Shown here piece after piece: positions 1 through 18,149 of a stretch of 64,000 nucleotides of DNA (its first letter is position 1; every line of letters begins with the position of its first letter). This DNA comes from Chrysomallon squamiferum. Lineage: Eukaryota > Animalia > Mollusca. Below the pieces are notes generated by a model, which saw only the letters and a program-made list of their open reading frames with translations, was not told where the DNA came from and searched no databases. The stretch covers positions 11,718,001 through 11,782,000 of the forward strand of contig CM022675.1 of assembly GCA_012295275.1 (NCBI GenBank). The letters run 5' to 3'. A program made the translations under genes and the position numbers.

Positions 1-1725
1 ATTCATGGGCATAACATACTTACCTACATTTGTATCCAAGACAAATGCCAAAAATATAAGTAACAAATGGAGGGCAGTGGCAATGACATTTTTTATTGTT
101 CTGTTGTTGTTGTTTTTTTTCTTTTTGTCATTTTGCCTCTCAAATCTGTCAGAAGAGAGTTCTTGAATTCTACCTTTTTGTTGGTGAAACAAAATAAAAG
201 AAAGTTAATACAGCAGCTACCAGCTTTCTGTCCCTGCAAAATGTGTAGATTCCTGTTCTTCCCATTTTCCTAATGTTACATGCAGCTCAGAACCTTACAA
301 TGATAGTTGTATTTAGCAGATCCTTGTGAACCAGTTTGTAAAACAAAAAAAATAAAAACAAAATTGTCAGTTATTACAGAAAGATAAATGGTGGGCAAAT
401 TTTGTTTTTATTCTTTTCATCATCTTTTCACTGTCTTTTAATACCTGATCTTACATACAACCAGATTATAAGAATTAATAAGAATAGTTATTTAGCTCTA
501 ACATAATTCTGAGTGTGATGCAAATCTGGTGACCCCTTCTTCTTAGTTTTGGCCCAGGACAGGGTGCTTGAGGATTTCTTTATTATTAACACAGAAAGCA
601 AGTACAGTAAAGTGAAAAGCATACTAGTGCAATAAAATATCTAAAAAATGGCATCCCTATCATGGCCCCCTCCTTGTCTAATTATTATATATTTATTCCT
701 GCTCAGATCTGTATATGGTCACGTTTGTTAAAAGAAATATGTAAAATTTGACTGACTTGCTAAGACTGCATAAAAATACGTATGTAATATTAAAATAAGG
801 GTAATTTCCATCTGTTAACAAACAAAAAACAAATATTTTTTTTATGAGCAAATGTTTTTTCAAACGTTAGAAATGAGAAACCATATTTTACTTCTTGTCA
901 AGGTCACTTTGGGTCAGAGAAAAGATGCCAACTGAGTAATATAATTAATTTAATACAGATCTGTTTATTGACAGTAACAGTCATGAAAATCAGGTTGTTA
1001 CTTTTGATGCTGTGTTTGCATTTTAATGGTTTATTTATCATCATGATGACAATTTATTTATTTACTTGGTAACATTTTCTATTTTAAAATGAGAAGTATG
1101 AATATTATTTTTTTTGAGTCTGTTGATACAAATTTCAGTTAAAGTCTGACTTTTTAATGGTTGTGATTTATCCAGTAAGAATAATGAATAAAAGGTAATT
1201 TTATTTAATTATCTATATATATTATTTTCGTGTTTATATTCAGACACCATCTTCCAAGCTAGCTTCCATTTCTGTAAAAACAAATGTTAAAAATATTGCC
1301 TTGCTTTTTATGGTTGTGATGTTTTTTTCTGTAAATTAATTCCATATTATTTTACTTTACAGTGACTATAAACTTACATTTTTACCTATTGCGATCCCAC
1401 TTTTTTTTATATAAAATGTTTAATTGGTAATAAATGTCTTTTTAATATACATATACATGATAAAATTTATTACAATTTTTAAATTATTTACTATTACTAT
1501 GTATATTTTAATTACTGTTTTGATATTATATTTGACACAGAAAATAAAAATAATAAATATATATAAAGAAACCACACTGTCAATGAAGTTAATAATGTGC
1601 ATGACCTATAAAAATTGTCAATGTTCATTATGAATTTTTTTTTTTTTTTTTTTTTATAAATATTTTTTACATGTCACTTTTTAATAAAGAACATTTAAAT
1701 GTTGTAAAATGGTGTGCTGTTGTTA

Positions 1726-1760
<35 letters not shown>

Positions 1761-1928
1761 TTAGTTTTATTTTATTTTAACAGTTGGTGAATGGACAGTA
1801 TTAATGGGCATCCCAGTGAAATGATTCATAAAATAAATTTTTGAAAATGACACTCATTGCTTAATGATGGCAATGAAGTTAGTAATGAGTATAATAAAAT
1901 AATATTTTATCATTATTATTATTATTAT

Positions 1929-1961
<33 letters not shown>

Positions 1962-2893
1962 ATTTTAAGCCTTTTGTATCCTGAAAAATAAATAAGTCTG
2001 ATTCAGTTTCTTTGTAGAAAAACGAATGCAAGTGTTTTTCAGATTTTTCACGGTCACAATAAACAAAATATACACGCTTAAAACGATGCACTTAATTCGT
2101 CAGTATGGGCTTATTTCATTTTTTATTATTATTTTTAAATGTTTAAAATTTAAATTTTTGAGTGATCAAAATTGATAAGCATTAGCTGATGTTTCTAAGG
2201 CTGTTTCGTGAAAATGGACGTCAAAAATTCACATAGGAAGAAGGAAAACAACCAGCGAAATAAAGGAAAGACAACTTTCGATAATAACTTGTACGTGACT
2301 CAATCTGAAAAGAGATTTTACACTGTTATGAAAAGATGTCAAAGACTGCATGTAAAAGTAACACGTACAATAATATATCAACAGCATCGTCAACAACAAC
2401 GACAACAATAGCAATATTAATAATAATATCAACAACAATAATAAGCATATAAATAAAAATATAATGAAATTCAAAGACACATACAAATATATAATCAAAT
2501 GAAAAAATAAAATAAAATAAAAGGAAAAACATTAAGAAGCATATCAACGTGGGGAATAATTTCTCAATTCGTTGCTAATGCTGAGCAGTTGATACGCAGT
2601 TATTTAAGTTCTTGTAATATAAACATAACATGACCAAATTTTCAAAATCAAATATCAAGATTTAATATTTTTATCTTTTTCCAGTTTTATACGATTAGAA
2701 TTTGAATAAAGGACAAGGTGATTAATTAAACCAGTAGATATTTTAATATAGACGACTGATGTATCTAATCATAAAATAATATAAATGATGGTGATGTACA
2801 TAATAATAATAACAACGATAATAACGACGATGATAATAATTAACGATAATAATCATAACGACGATAATACTAATGATTAAAACGATAATAACG

Positions 2894-2924
<31 letters not shown>

Positions 2925-3075
2925 CTATAGTAATGATTAAGATGATGATATGCAGGTAGAAAGTGGGAAGGGATATATATATATATATACTGAGGGAGCG
3001 AAAGAGAGAGAGAAAGTGTATGTATGTATGTAGGTATGTGTGACGTTTTATAAACGAGTAATTCAGTAAGATTAT

Positions 3076-3107
<32 letters not shown>

Positions 3108-3367
3108 AGTAGAGTAGGAGGGCTAAAAACCGGTTTTTCTCTTTCCGGCATTAACAAAAACTGGCTGATTTTGCTCGATCTAAAAATAAAGACACATTAT
3201 TTTTTTTCGTTCCATGCGTAACGTGAGTCGTAAAGGCTTATCCACCCACCTGCGTTAATAACTCCGAGGTGTAGTAAAACTGGTTTTTGCTGACCCCGTT
3301 TCTCGAAGCAGAAACGACCCGTGTAGTAAAAACACCAAAGAGGAGGAACACTTATTTAACATACAGC

Positions 3368-8701
<5,334 letters not shown>

Positions 8702-8789
8702 CAACTAATCAAACGATCAGTTGTGCATTGGCTACGAATTTCAAAAGTTTTAACAGAAATTAAAATGATCTAATCTCACGCATGACAGC

Positions 8790-8877
<88 letters not shown>

Positions 8878-11111
8878 AAATCATAAGTTTTATTTTCTTA
8901 TACCTATACTGTATGACATTTGTTTACATAACTTTTATGTTTGTATATTGTTCTAACGTTATTGTGTCACTGTATCATATAACTGTTGTGTGTACTAAAG
9001 TTTAATATTTCAGTACGTTTTACGGCTTATATTTACATTCGCGATTTTCCGGGCTTTTGCATTTTCCGGACAAGTGCCTCCGTTACCCTATTGTCCTTGA
9101 AACCGAGGTTCAACAGCACGCTGAAGTCTGCGAAACCGAGACTGGGGGGAATATTCTGCTTGAATTTGCAATAATTTTATTTTATTTTTGTTTATTTTAT
9201 TTTATTTATTTATTTTTATTATTATTTTTTTAATTTAAGGAAAGTTGGCGTAGAGCTGCTAATAGCGAAAACAGTTTCTTTGAATTTACAATAAAAATTA
9301 ACATTTTATTTTAATCTGGCAACGTTTTTGTAAATGACCTCAGTTTACATCTTCAGTGTGACTGTAACAGTTATAATTACGTTCCACATCAGTAGATTCG
9401 GATTACAGCCCAGCACATATCAAAGAATATTCACAAAATTATATACAAATTCTTAACTTTGCCATCCGCAGTAAATAACATTAAAGAAAGGAGATATCTT
9501 CTATCTTTGACGTTAAGTAAGTTTATTAATACACTAAATAAAGGTACATGAACATCTCGTATTATTCACAGGACGCCAGCAAATGTAATTCAAAGAAAGT
9601 AATTTTAACACAGTGTCTACAAATGATATTTACTTTTTAAATAAAAACGAAATTCTTGCACCATATCGCAAAACACTGTCACGGAGAAGGACAAATACAG
9701 TTTTATTTAATGTCTCTGTAATTCGTGTTTGTACTAATCTACGAGCAGAAGTATTACGTACAGAAACAAACATCCATGTATACATACATACATACATATA
9801 AACAAACACACACATACACATGCACCCCAGCAGATTTCCAATAACATGAAATGCACGCAAAAATGACAAAAGACAATGAACGGTGTGCTTCGTGGGAAGC
9901 GCGGATAAAATCGGTTATTGAGCAACTTTATTTTAATATTGTCTTGATGGTCGGAGTGCGGGCGGGGGAATGGGTGCCATACGTTCGAGTCTCGTCAGCG
10001 GCATCTGACGGGGTTTGTGAGGTCGTGACTTGACTTCGTCGACGTTTACTCGAATACTGTTTATGTGCAGAATCTAATCAGACGTACAAATGCCAGAGAA
10101 TATTCATACCTAAATACATACATTGATATATATATATATAGGTACAAAACGAGTTCTAAGGAAATTTAAATCTGAAACCGTGTGGACTAACCAAGACTTT
10201 GATTCCAAAAATGTTGTGTATCTGAAAACACGCAATTTTTGTAAGAAAGAAAAAAAAACAGTATGTCGGCCAAAGAGAAAATGTGTTACGAGTTATAACT
10301 CTTTGTCACAAATAAGATATTAGGCATGAAGCTGAGAAGATTAAGGCCAAACGTTTTAATCTACCTGGTCCATATATCACAAGATAATTTGTAAATAATC
10401 CCCAGTACAGCAAATTACTAATTTTTTGGTTAAAAAGTCGAAGCTGGGCTTTTTGAGACTCGCACGTTACAAACTGAAAAACCATTAGCAATGAATGTTG
10501 AAACGCGTAAAATTATGAAGGAGCAGTATTATTTCAACTTACAGAGACTGCTATGAAAAATGCACTAACAGCACGTCCAGTCATAGCTTACAGGACGTTT
10601 AACTCTGAATAATACGTCTGTATAAAGTTATTTATCAGCCGGTAATGAAATGATCCTTATAAAGCCAAGAATAAAATAAAAAATAAAAAACGACCCAGTA
10701 CAACAACATATACCATTAAATAGTCAAAAGATCAAAGTACTCTGCTATGTACATAATAAACGTCAACTTTAATCATCGAGAAAAAAACATAATACTAATA
10801 ATACTAAAAATCAATTCATGATCAACTGCTGTTTTAATTTTTAAATACATACATACATTCATAAGCACAGATGTTACATGCATATGAATATATATATAAA
10901 TACACACACATACACACTACAGACATGTACACACACACACACACATATATATACACACATATACAAAGGCTGATAATTATAATTTGAAATAGTATTTATT
11001 TATCAGTATTGTAGGAGTTTACAACTGAAATAAATAACATAATTATTGCAATGTAGTGACGTTAATATATTTTACATATCTACTGATTATCTGCGTTCTA
11101 ATTTTTTTCAC

Positions 11112-11440
11112 GGAAATCGAAACCAGGACGAAGCCATTGTAAATAATCAAAAGTAGACACAGGCTAACTCGACCTCCTATTTTTAACAAACAGAGGTAGC
11201 AGGGGTCACATATACCCCTCCCACTTGTTTTATTACGACTTTTAGCCTTGTTGTCGTTTTGTCGTGTTTATATTTTTATCTGCATAAAAAAAACTGTGAC
11301 TGTGAAGATTTGAGTTAACCCCACTTTTTCAAGCAAATGGTACGTTCCAGGGATTTCCCTTATTTTGTGTAGTCGCCATATTGACAGTTTTTCATTAATT
11401 TGTAAGACAGAGAACACTCCTCCCCTTTATTTAGGTAAGT
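11112..11440 (+). promoter_or_regulatory. Putative promoter and non-coding first exon of family copy A1 (ISRE-, NF-kB- and YY1-like motifs, splice donor)
   Basis: GGAAATCGAAACC at 11112-11124, GGGATTTCCC at 11350-11359, CGCCATATT at 11374-11382 and AG|GTAAGT donor at 11435. The same module recurs upstream of A4 and A5. Confidence 0.6.
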
Positions 11441-11452
11441 AACGTATAATTA

Positions 11453-11503
<51 letters not shown>

Positions 11504-11681
11504 GTTAACACAAAATAAAACGTCAGTTTTCTCGTTTTCCTAGCGACGTTAGTAAGCGAGCGAGCGAGTTACGTGTTCGTAAAGCAAAGTCTGTGAAGGT
11601 TATTTTCAACGACACACTTAATTGTTCACTATTTTGTCCATGTATTACAAATAATAGTTTTAAAACCATGTGGCAGTGGCG

Positions 11682-11742
<61 letters not shown>

Positions 11743-11869
11743 CATAAAATATACGATTTATTCTTTCTCTGTCTTTCTTGCTCGGTAATTCTATGTACGT
11801 TAATAAATATTTTAAACTGAAAATAAAGACAATTCTCGGATAATCTGTTTTCTACATACCTTACAAATG

Positions 11870-11931
<62 letters not shown>

Positions 11932-12025
11932 ATGAGTTATTTATTTATTCAGTAATTTTCGAAAGTAAAGATTTCTCTGACTTTTTTCTTAGTAATTCTA
12001 TGTACGTAATTTTATGTAATAAATA

Positions 12026-12264
12026 CAGTGGTACCTCGAGATACGAGTGCTCCAACTTAGGAGTTTCCGAGATACGAGCAGTCGATCTATCGAGGTTTTG
12101 CTTTGAGTTGCGAGCCAAGGTCCGAGTTACGAGCGAGCTTGAGATATGCTGCCGCTAGATGGCGCAACGAACAACACGACACCCGCCCAACATTCCATGA
12201 TTCACTCATTTTTTTCACTCTTACGTCATGGAACGAGTTAAACTCGTAAGTCAAGGTACCACTG
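12026..12264. mobile_element. Non-autonomous Tc1/mariner-superfamily (pogo/Tigger-like) MITE, 239 bp
   Basis: Imperfect TIRs CAGTGGTACCTCGAGATACGAGT ... ACTCGTAAGTCAAGGTACCACTG with TA on both sides. The empty site (aataaaTAtttt) is visible in the local duplicate near 11800 and in the paralogous A4/A5 introns. Confidence 0.88.
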
Positions 12265-12835
12265 TATTTCAAAAGGAAAATAAAGACAATTTTCGGATAA
12301 CCTGTTTTCTGAAATATTTCTTATAAAATCAGAAGAATGAGGTAATAGAGAGGGTTATCGTGATAAATCTACGCTTACTATTTTACAGAAATATTTCTTT
12401 ATCTTTCATTATTTATTCATTTATTTTGAATACGGTATTTAGTTATTTCTGTTATGGATTTCCTTATGGATACGTTGTTTTCAAAGACTTGCCAATTTAC
12501 TGTAATTATATAACATACCTTTCCAACAAAAAAACATGTACATGTATACAAAAAAAGGATCTGAAGACCATTTTTTCTTTCTCTTCACTGCGAATAGAAA
12601 AAAAAAATACACCTCAGCATATAGATAGTTAGATAGTTAAATACATCCATAAATCCATAGATACATTCAGTGGTACATACATACATACATACATATACAT
12701 ATATAGAGAGAGGTTGATAGAGAGACAGATAGGCAGATAGCTTTTACGGTTCTGACACAAAGCTTTTACGGTTCGTTATCACGACTCTGCTGAAGATAAT
12801 TTTCTATTTTACATTATTTACCAGGAAACTGAACA

Positions 12836-13270
12836 ATGAGGGTCTACATCTGGTATCCGACAAATAACCACCAAGGACATGCATCACTTGAACTGTCTAG
12901 TGGTACTTACATCAGCTTCTGGGATCGTGACGTCATGGAAAATAAAAACACAATAATACTAAACGCATGTGGAGAATCGGGAAGTCTTAAATTTGACAGC
13001 AAAATGCTCGGACAAGATCCTCAATACGTCATCAGCGTTGGCGATCTCTCACTGGATGAAGAAAAGATGGAAACATGGTGGAATCAATGGAAGGAAACGG
13101 GAACGTTCGGATTCTACTATTACAACAGTTTCTATACTGTTTACCAGGCTCTGCGACAAGGGGGAGCTGCCATTAGTATCAATCCTCTCTGGACAGCTGG
13201 AATCCTCTACCGATATCTACAGAGAGTCAAACAGGGAGGCTGGGGACTTCTGAATTCGTTTTTTGGTTGA
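12836..13270 (+). CDS. Permuted papain-like (RID/IcsB-like) family, copy A1, Ser-type, 144 aa
   Basis: Intact single-exon ORF with an acceptor CAG 11 nt before the ATG. GHASL is kept, the NC motif reads NS (YYYNSF), followed by ALRQGG and a hydrophobic tail. Clear paralogue of eight other loci in the window. Confidence 0.85.
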   Translation: MRVYIWYPTNNHQGHASLELSSGTYISFWDRDVMENKNTIILNACGESGSLKFDSKMLGQDPQYVISVGDLSLDEEKMETWWNQWKETGTFGFYYYNSFYTVYQALRQGGAAISINPLWTAGILYRYLQRVKQGGWGLLNSFFG

Positions 13271-13541
13271 CTTTCATGATGTCATAGCGGTGTGGCAACA
13301 ACCCAAATAATTAACGGTTTGAAAAAAAAAAAAATAATAATCAACGATCTACATAAATGTTACCAATAACTTTGACAAAATGTACTATTTTGATTTCGAA
13401 ATTTTTATTGTTTTTCTGGGTTTTTTCTGGCGGATTTTTCCTCCTGTCATTTTCTTTTGATATCTTACGAATTTACTGATTATGTTTTCTTTTTCTTTCG
13501 ATCTATACTGACTGTCAGTAGGAAATAACAATTTGATATTT

Positions 13542-13597
<56 letters not shown>

Positions 13598-14940
13598 CTT
13601 TTAATAATGTGAATAAAAAAAAATTAAATTAAATTTCTTCTAAACAGAGATGAAGTCAGATTATATCAGTGTCGTTAATCATATAACACCAGTCTGTGTA
13701 ATACCATTATCATATTCGAATGTATTTGACTTAATTTTCTTGTTTTTATAATTCTGTAATAATAATTAAAGTATATTTAGGAGTTGCCATATATATTATG
13801 TACTATATATATATAGTGAAATACCTGTTGGTTTATGTCATTTCACATGAAATTAATTATAATTATCAGATTTCTGGTGAAAGAAACATAGCACTCTTTG
13901 TTATTACTATCAGTTTGAATTTGTTTTGTATATATATATTTTTTTATCTACGGATTGTGATCATATGAGTGTTGTACGTTCGAGTCTCGTCAGCGCCACC
14001 TGGCGTTTGTGAGGTCGTGATTGTTGCATCCCCCCCATATTATCAGTGTGAAGTTTAATCATAAGTATGCAATACACAAAATTTTCATACGTAAATATAA
14101 ACATACATACAGACAGACAGACAGACAAAGACCTACACACATATATTAAAACATACATAGGCGTGTACATATGTATGGCGTTATTTATTTATTTATTTAA
14201 ATATTTTTTTATTTTTATGTTTTACCAATGAAGTTCACGTGACTAACAGTGATCATACTTTTTTTCAGACTGGTGAAATGTATCACTAGTGATGACGTCA
14301 GTTTGAGATCATATTCCCCACTGATAAACATGACATAAAGGTGAAAGGTCATATCGTAACATTTTCTGTTTGCACGGTGTATACACGTATCTGTTAAAAG
14401 AAGGAAACCGAAACAGAAATTACTCAAACCCCGAGATATTTCCTTATTCATATTTTGACTAAAATAAATAAATGAATAAATAAATAAATAAACTAGTTTT
14501 AAAACGATCGTTTCATTACGGGTTGATTAATAAAAAATTAAAACAAATTCTTCGGATAATTTTCTTTACTAAAGTGTAACAGATTGTAACGTACTTACAC
14601 TTCATATTGTGTAACGAGATACAAGTAAAAATGCAGGTAGTTCTTTGTTATTTTTTTATTATTAATCATTCACCCTTCACCCACATATATAGATAGATAG
14701 TTAGAACGAGACAAACAGTCAGTTTTTTTGTTTCTTTGTACAGCTTTTTCTTTTTTTACATTAACTCAGTGTATGAAACAGAACATTTAGTCTTACTGTG
14801 TAGAAGCTTCGTGTTTTGTTCTACAGTTTTAACTGTAAATTATACGGTTTTTATCACAGCAGGAATTTTACAGCAGTACAGGTGATGACGAATCCTTGTT
14901 TATCCGATACTACTACAGGAAATCCAAGTTTGCACACCTT

Positions 14941-15465
14941 TTATATAGGTGTTGAGAAAAAGAATGATCCCAAAAGTGCAAAAACCCCATGTTTAAGTCT
15001 CAGGAGATAACGATACAAAATGGCAGGCGACCACACTGCGTTAAAACTGACAGAGGCGCCTCCAGCTCTTAAAGCGCTATAAACTACCCAGCAACAATTT
15101 TCTCCAAGCAAAGAATAGAAACCTCTCATCCGCCAGCCAATCCACCATTCTTCAATCTTCTCTTCATCCAGCTTCAGGTCATCCAAGTCTACAGTCTCGT
15201 CAGGATCTCTGTCTTCAGCTATGATGTCATATGCAAGACATTCTTGTGCACAACCGTAACCATTCTTTCCAGTTTTCTTTCCCTTTTCCTTTCCCTTTTT
15301 CTTTCCACCTTTCTTTCCATCTTTTTTTCCAACTTTCTTTCCATCATCGTCAGAGAGGCATGAACCGTCTGGCCACCAGCTTATGTACGTTCCATTAGAT
15401 AGCTGGAGAGTACCATGTCCAACCTGACCTTCTCCTACCGATGGAAACCAAATATAAGCTCTCAT
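14941..15465 (-). CDS. Permuted papain-like (RID/IcsB-like) family, copy B1, Cys-type with Lys/Gly-rich insert, 174 aa
   Basis: ATG at 15465 follows acceptor ttttcag|ataaaaca. Motifs GHGTL, YISWWP, YSLLGENCC, ALRAGG. Probable non-coding first exon at about 16030-16170 (donor GTAAAT at 16029). Confidence 0.87.
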   Translation of the reverse strand: MRAYIWFPSVGEGQVGHGTLQLSNGTYISWWPDGSCLSDDDGKKVGKKDGKKGGKKKGKEKGKKTGKNGYGCAQECLAYDIIAEDRDPDETVDLDDLKLDEEKIEEWWIGWRMRGFYSLLGENCCWVVYSALRAGGASVSFNAVWSPAILYRYLLRLKHGVFALLGSFFFSTPI

Positions 15466-17754
15466 TGTTTTATCTGAAAAATAATCACACAAGAATCACA
15501 GAATTAAAAAAGTTCAAAATATATTTCGGAGATTTTTATTCGTACATGTGTGTGTGTGTGTGTGTGCCATTATTTATGATGTCGTTGTTGTGTTTTGAGA
15601 TTGTTTTGTTTTTCCTCTCTTATTTACTGTTTTGCAATATAATGAACAGTACCTAACATATTAACATCGAATAACAATGCACTTTTTTTTATCACATGAT
15701 TAATTCGCTGTCATGTAAAAGACAAAACTTATATATATATATAAATATATAAATTATATAACTGATTTATAACTAAAATATATAAATTATATAACTGATA
15801 TATAATTATAACTATATGATAGACCGAATCTATTTTCCTCATAGACAGATGAATAGATAGATAAATAGATATCCCTTCCCTATTTTCAGAATAATATAAT
15901 AAATAGAAGAAGATTATCGTTAACAAAACTCTTTTGAATTTACAATCTTCCTGTGTACTACTAACACTGTCATGGCCTCACAAAAACTAAACGTTTATTT
16001 CCATTTCAGTTATCAAGGAGGAAATTTACCTTTTTGTAAAACGTATCCAGAGAAAGGTTTTTCATCACAGATTCTTCTTTCAAGCAAATATTTTATCGAA
16101 ACGTTCACAATCTTAACAGAAACGTAATGAGCTTAGACTATAACAACAAAATTTCAAGAAGGCAATATGGCGTCTGCAGGAAAACGAAACAAGGAAACAA
16201 AAACCTTGGATTTCGAATTTATGTAAATAGACGCTTCGATGAGAAGGCAAAAGAATAATATATCTCTTTCCCATACACATTAAAATATGAGAGAAAAAAA
16301 AATTATTTGACTATTTTTTAGAGTGGATTGTGACAAATAAGAGACATGTGTAATATTATAGATCGGTAGACAAAGATCATGTTTGTACTTAAACTTGTTT
16401 TAGTGTTGACAACTGAAGTTTAGGACACATGTACTGAAACTGCCGAGTGACATCTTCTCACCCTTGACCAATTATTGCTAGGAGGCTAAATCCAAGAAGG
16501 CCGCCACCCGAATGTACTTTCCTCATATCTTCTTACCTAGATCAGATAGAAATATAAAAGGAAGATCGATTTATAGGCTTTCAGGCATGAAGAATCTAAG
16601 GCAGCCATGTTTTTCAGACACAAATAAATCAGGATGGCAACCATAAAAATGTTAAAGATGTGGCTGTTTTAAATCAAATAAAAGTCCTGTTGGCCTTTTA
16701 AAACACTACATTATGTTATCATGTTATCTATATGCCAATAACTAACAGTAAATAAGAAATAATTAATTATTGAAGTGTATTTTATTTGTTGCCATTTCAG
16801 TTATTCTAAAAAGTGTATATACAAGATGGCCGCCAACAAATCCGAGAATTTTTTTTTAACGATTATTAGATAAGATAGAAACTTAAACTGAAGGTCATTT
16901 TACAAGTTTTCGGGCACTGAGAATCGAACGCAGATAAAATGTAAAATAAAGTGTATGTGTGTGAAAAAAAACACCTGTGCTGATCTCAGTTCTGAAACTG
17001 ATGAAATAAACGGTACAAATATTTATTAAGATGCTTTGTGGATAACATGGACATATGTTACTACACGTAGCATAACTGACCTTATTACCAGTCTTGTCAT
17101 TGTCTACCACTGTTGGACATCATTCTGGAAAAAAAAAAAGCAGAAAAAAAAGAAGAAGCAAAGTCTTTGTTAATCATATATGAATACAAATCTATGCAGG
17201 TCCTCCTGGTTCAGCTGTCTCAGATCAACAGGTATGAGAAACTACAGATATCTGACAATATCCACAAACACATGTAGTGTTAATAACCGCAAACCTGCGA
17301 AAGAAGAATACATCAGCCACGTCCGAGAAAGAGCAGCACAGAACGCTGACCGCTGCTGCTGTCTCGAAAGAAAGGTGATATCGTGGAAATGCAATCTGCA
17401 GATACAGAAATGACTCGAGATGCAGGATTTGCATCATTTTCACGTGCACTTTCCGCACACTGGCACCCACGTCATGACCGCTGTCTACAGGATCTTTTAT
17501 AGGTCAGCACTGGCTGTGGATGAATGTCTGTATCTTTGCTTGTCTGTAATGAACATCCATCTGTCTGCCTGTCTGTCTGTTTGCTTGTCAGATATAAATA
17601 TTCCTCTATCCTTCAGTCTGTCTGTTTGTTTGTCTCTATATAATATATGTCTGTTTGCGTGTCTGAAATAAATATTCATATGTTTGCCTGTTTGTATGTC
17701 CGTAACAAATATTCATTTGTCTACTTTGTGTTTATCAATAATATGCATGTGTAA

Positions 17755-18004
17755 AAGGGACCCAGTCTTTCTAGAAAATTTATCTTAACCATCCAGCAGT
17801 TTATGCTTGCTGTTATTTTTCCAAATTTGCATTACATATTTAATTCGTTTTTAATATTTTAGTACTGCTGCTGCTACCATTTTAATTTAAAGGTTAACGG
17901 AACGATGATTAAACTAGAAAAAATGTGTGTGTGTGTTTCAGCCTAAAAATGGTTTTCCCACCAGTAAACGTAGAAGTGAACTGCTTGTCTGTCATGGTTC
18001 CAGC
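17755..18004 (+). pseudogene. Duplicated remnant of ENPP intron 5 and truncated exon 6
   Basis: Matches about 7963-8250. The segment cag|cctaaaaatggttttcccaccagtaaacgtagaagtgaactg resembles exon 6 (PKNGFP.SK..SEL), and no other ENPP exons are seen nearby. Confidence 0.8.
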
Positions 18005-18149
18005 GTATTCATACATAAATACAGACACACACACATACATCCATGCATACATCAATATAAACACCCACACACACATTAGGAGTAAATGTTGAAACTGGTA
18101 AAATCGCGAAGGAGCAATATTCTGATTTACTGACTACCCAGTAACAGCA

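Noticed and set aside
1-1700. Possible 3' UTR of an upstream gene
   Set aside because: The composition is compatible, but no coding exon or strand evidence lies within the window.
9960-10030. Possible tRNA gene around GTTCGAGTC
   Set aside because: I could not build an A-box or a cloverleaf.
12969-13253. Overlapping alternative-frame 94-aa ORF (MENREVLNL...) recurring in A1 and A4
   Set aside because: It starts at GTG, has no recognisable motif, and its recurrence is explained by nucleotide identity between recent paralogues.
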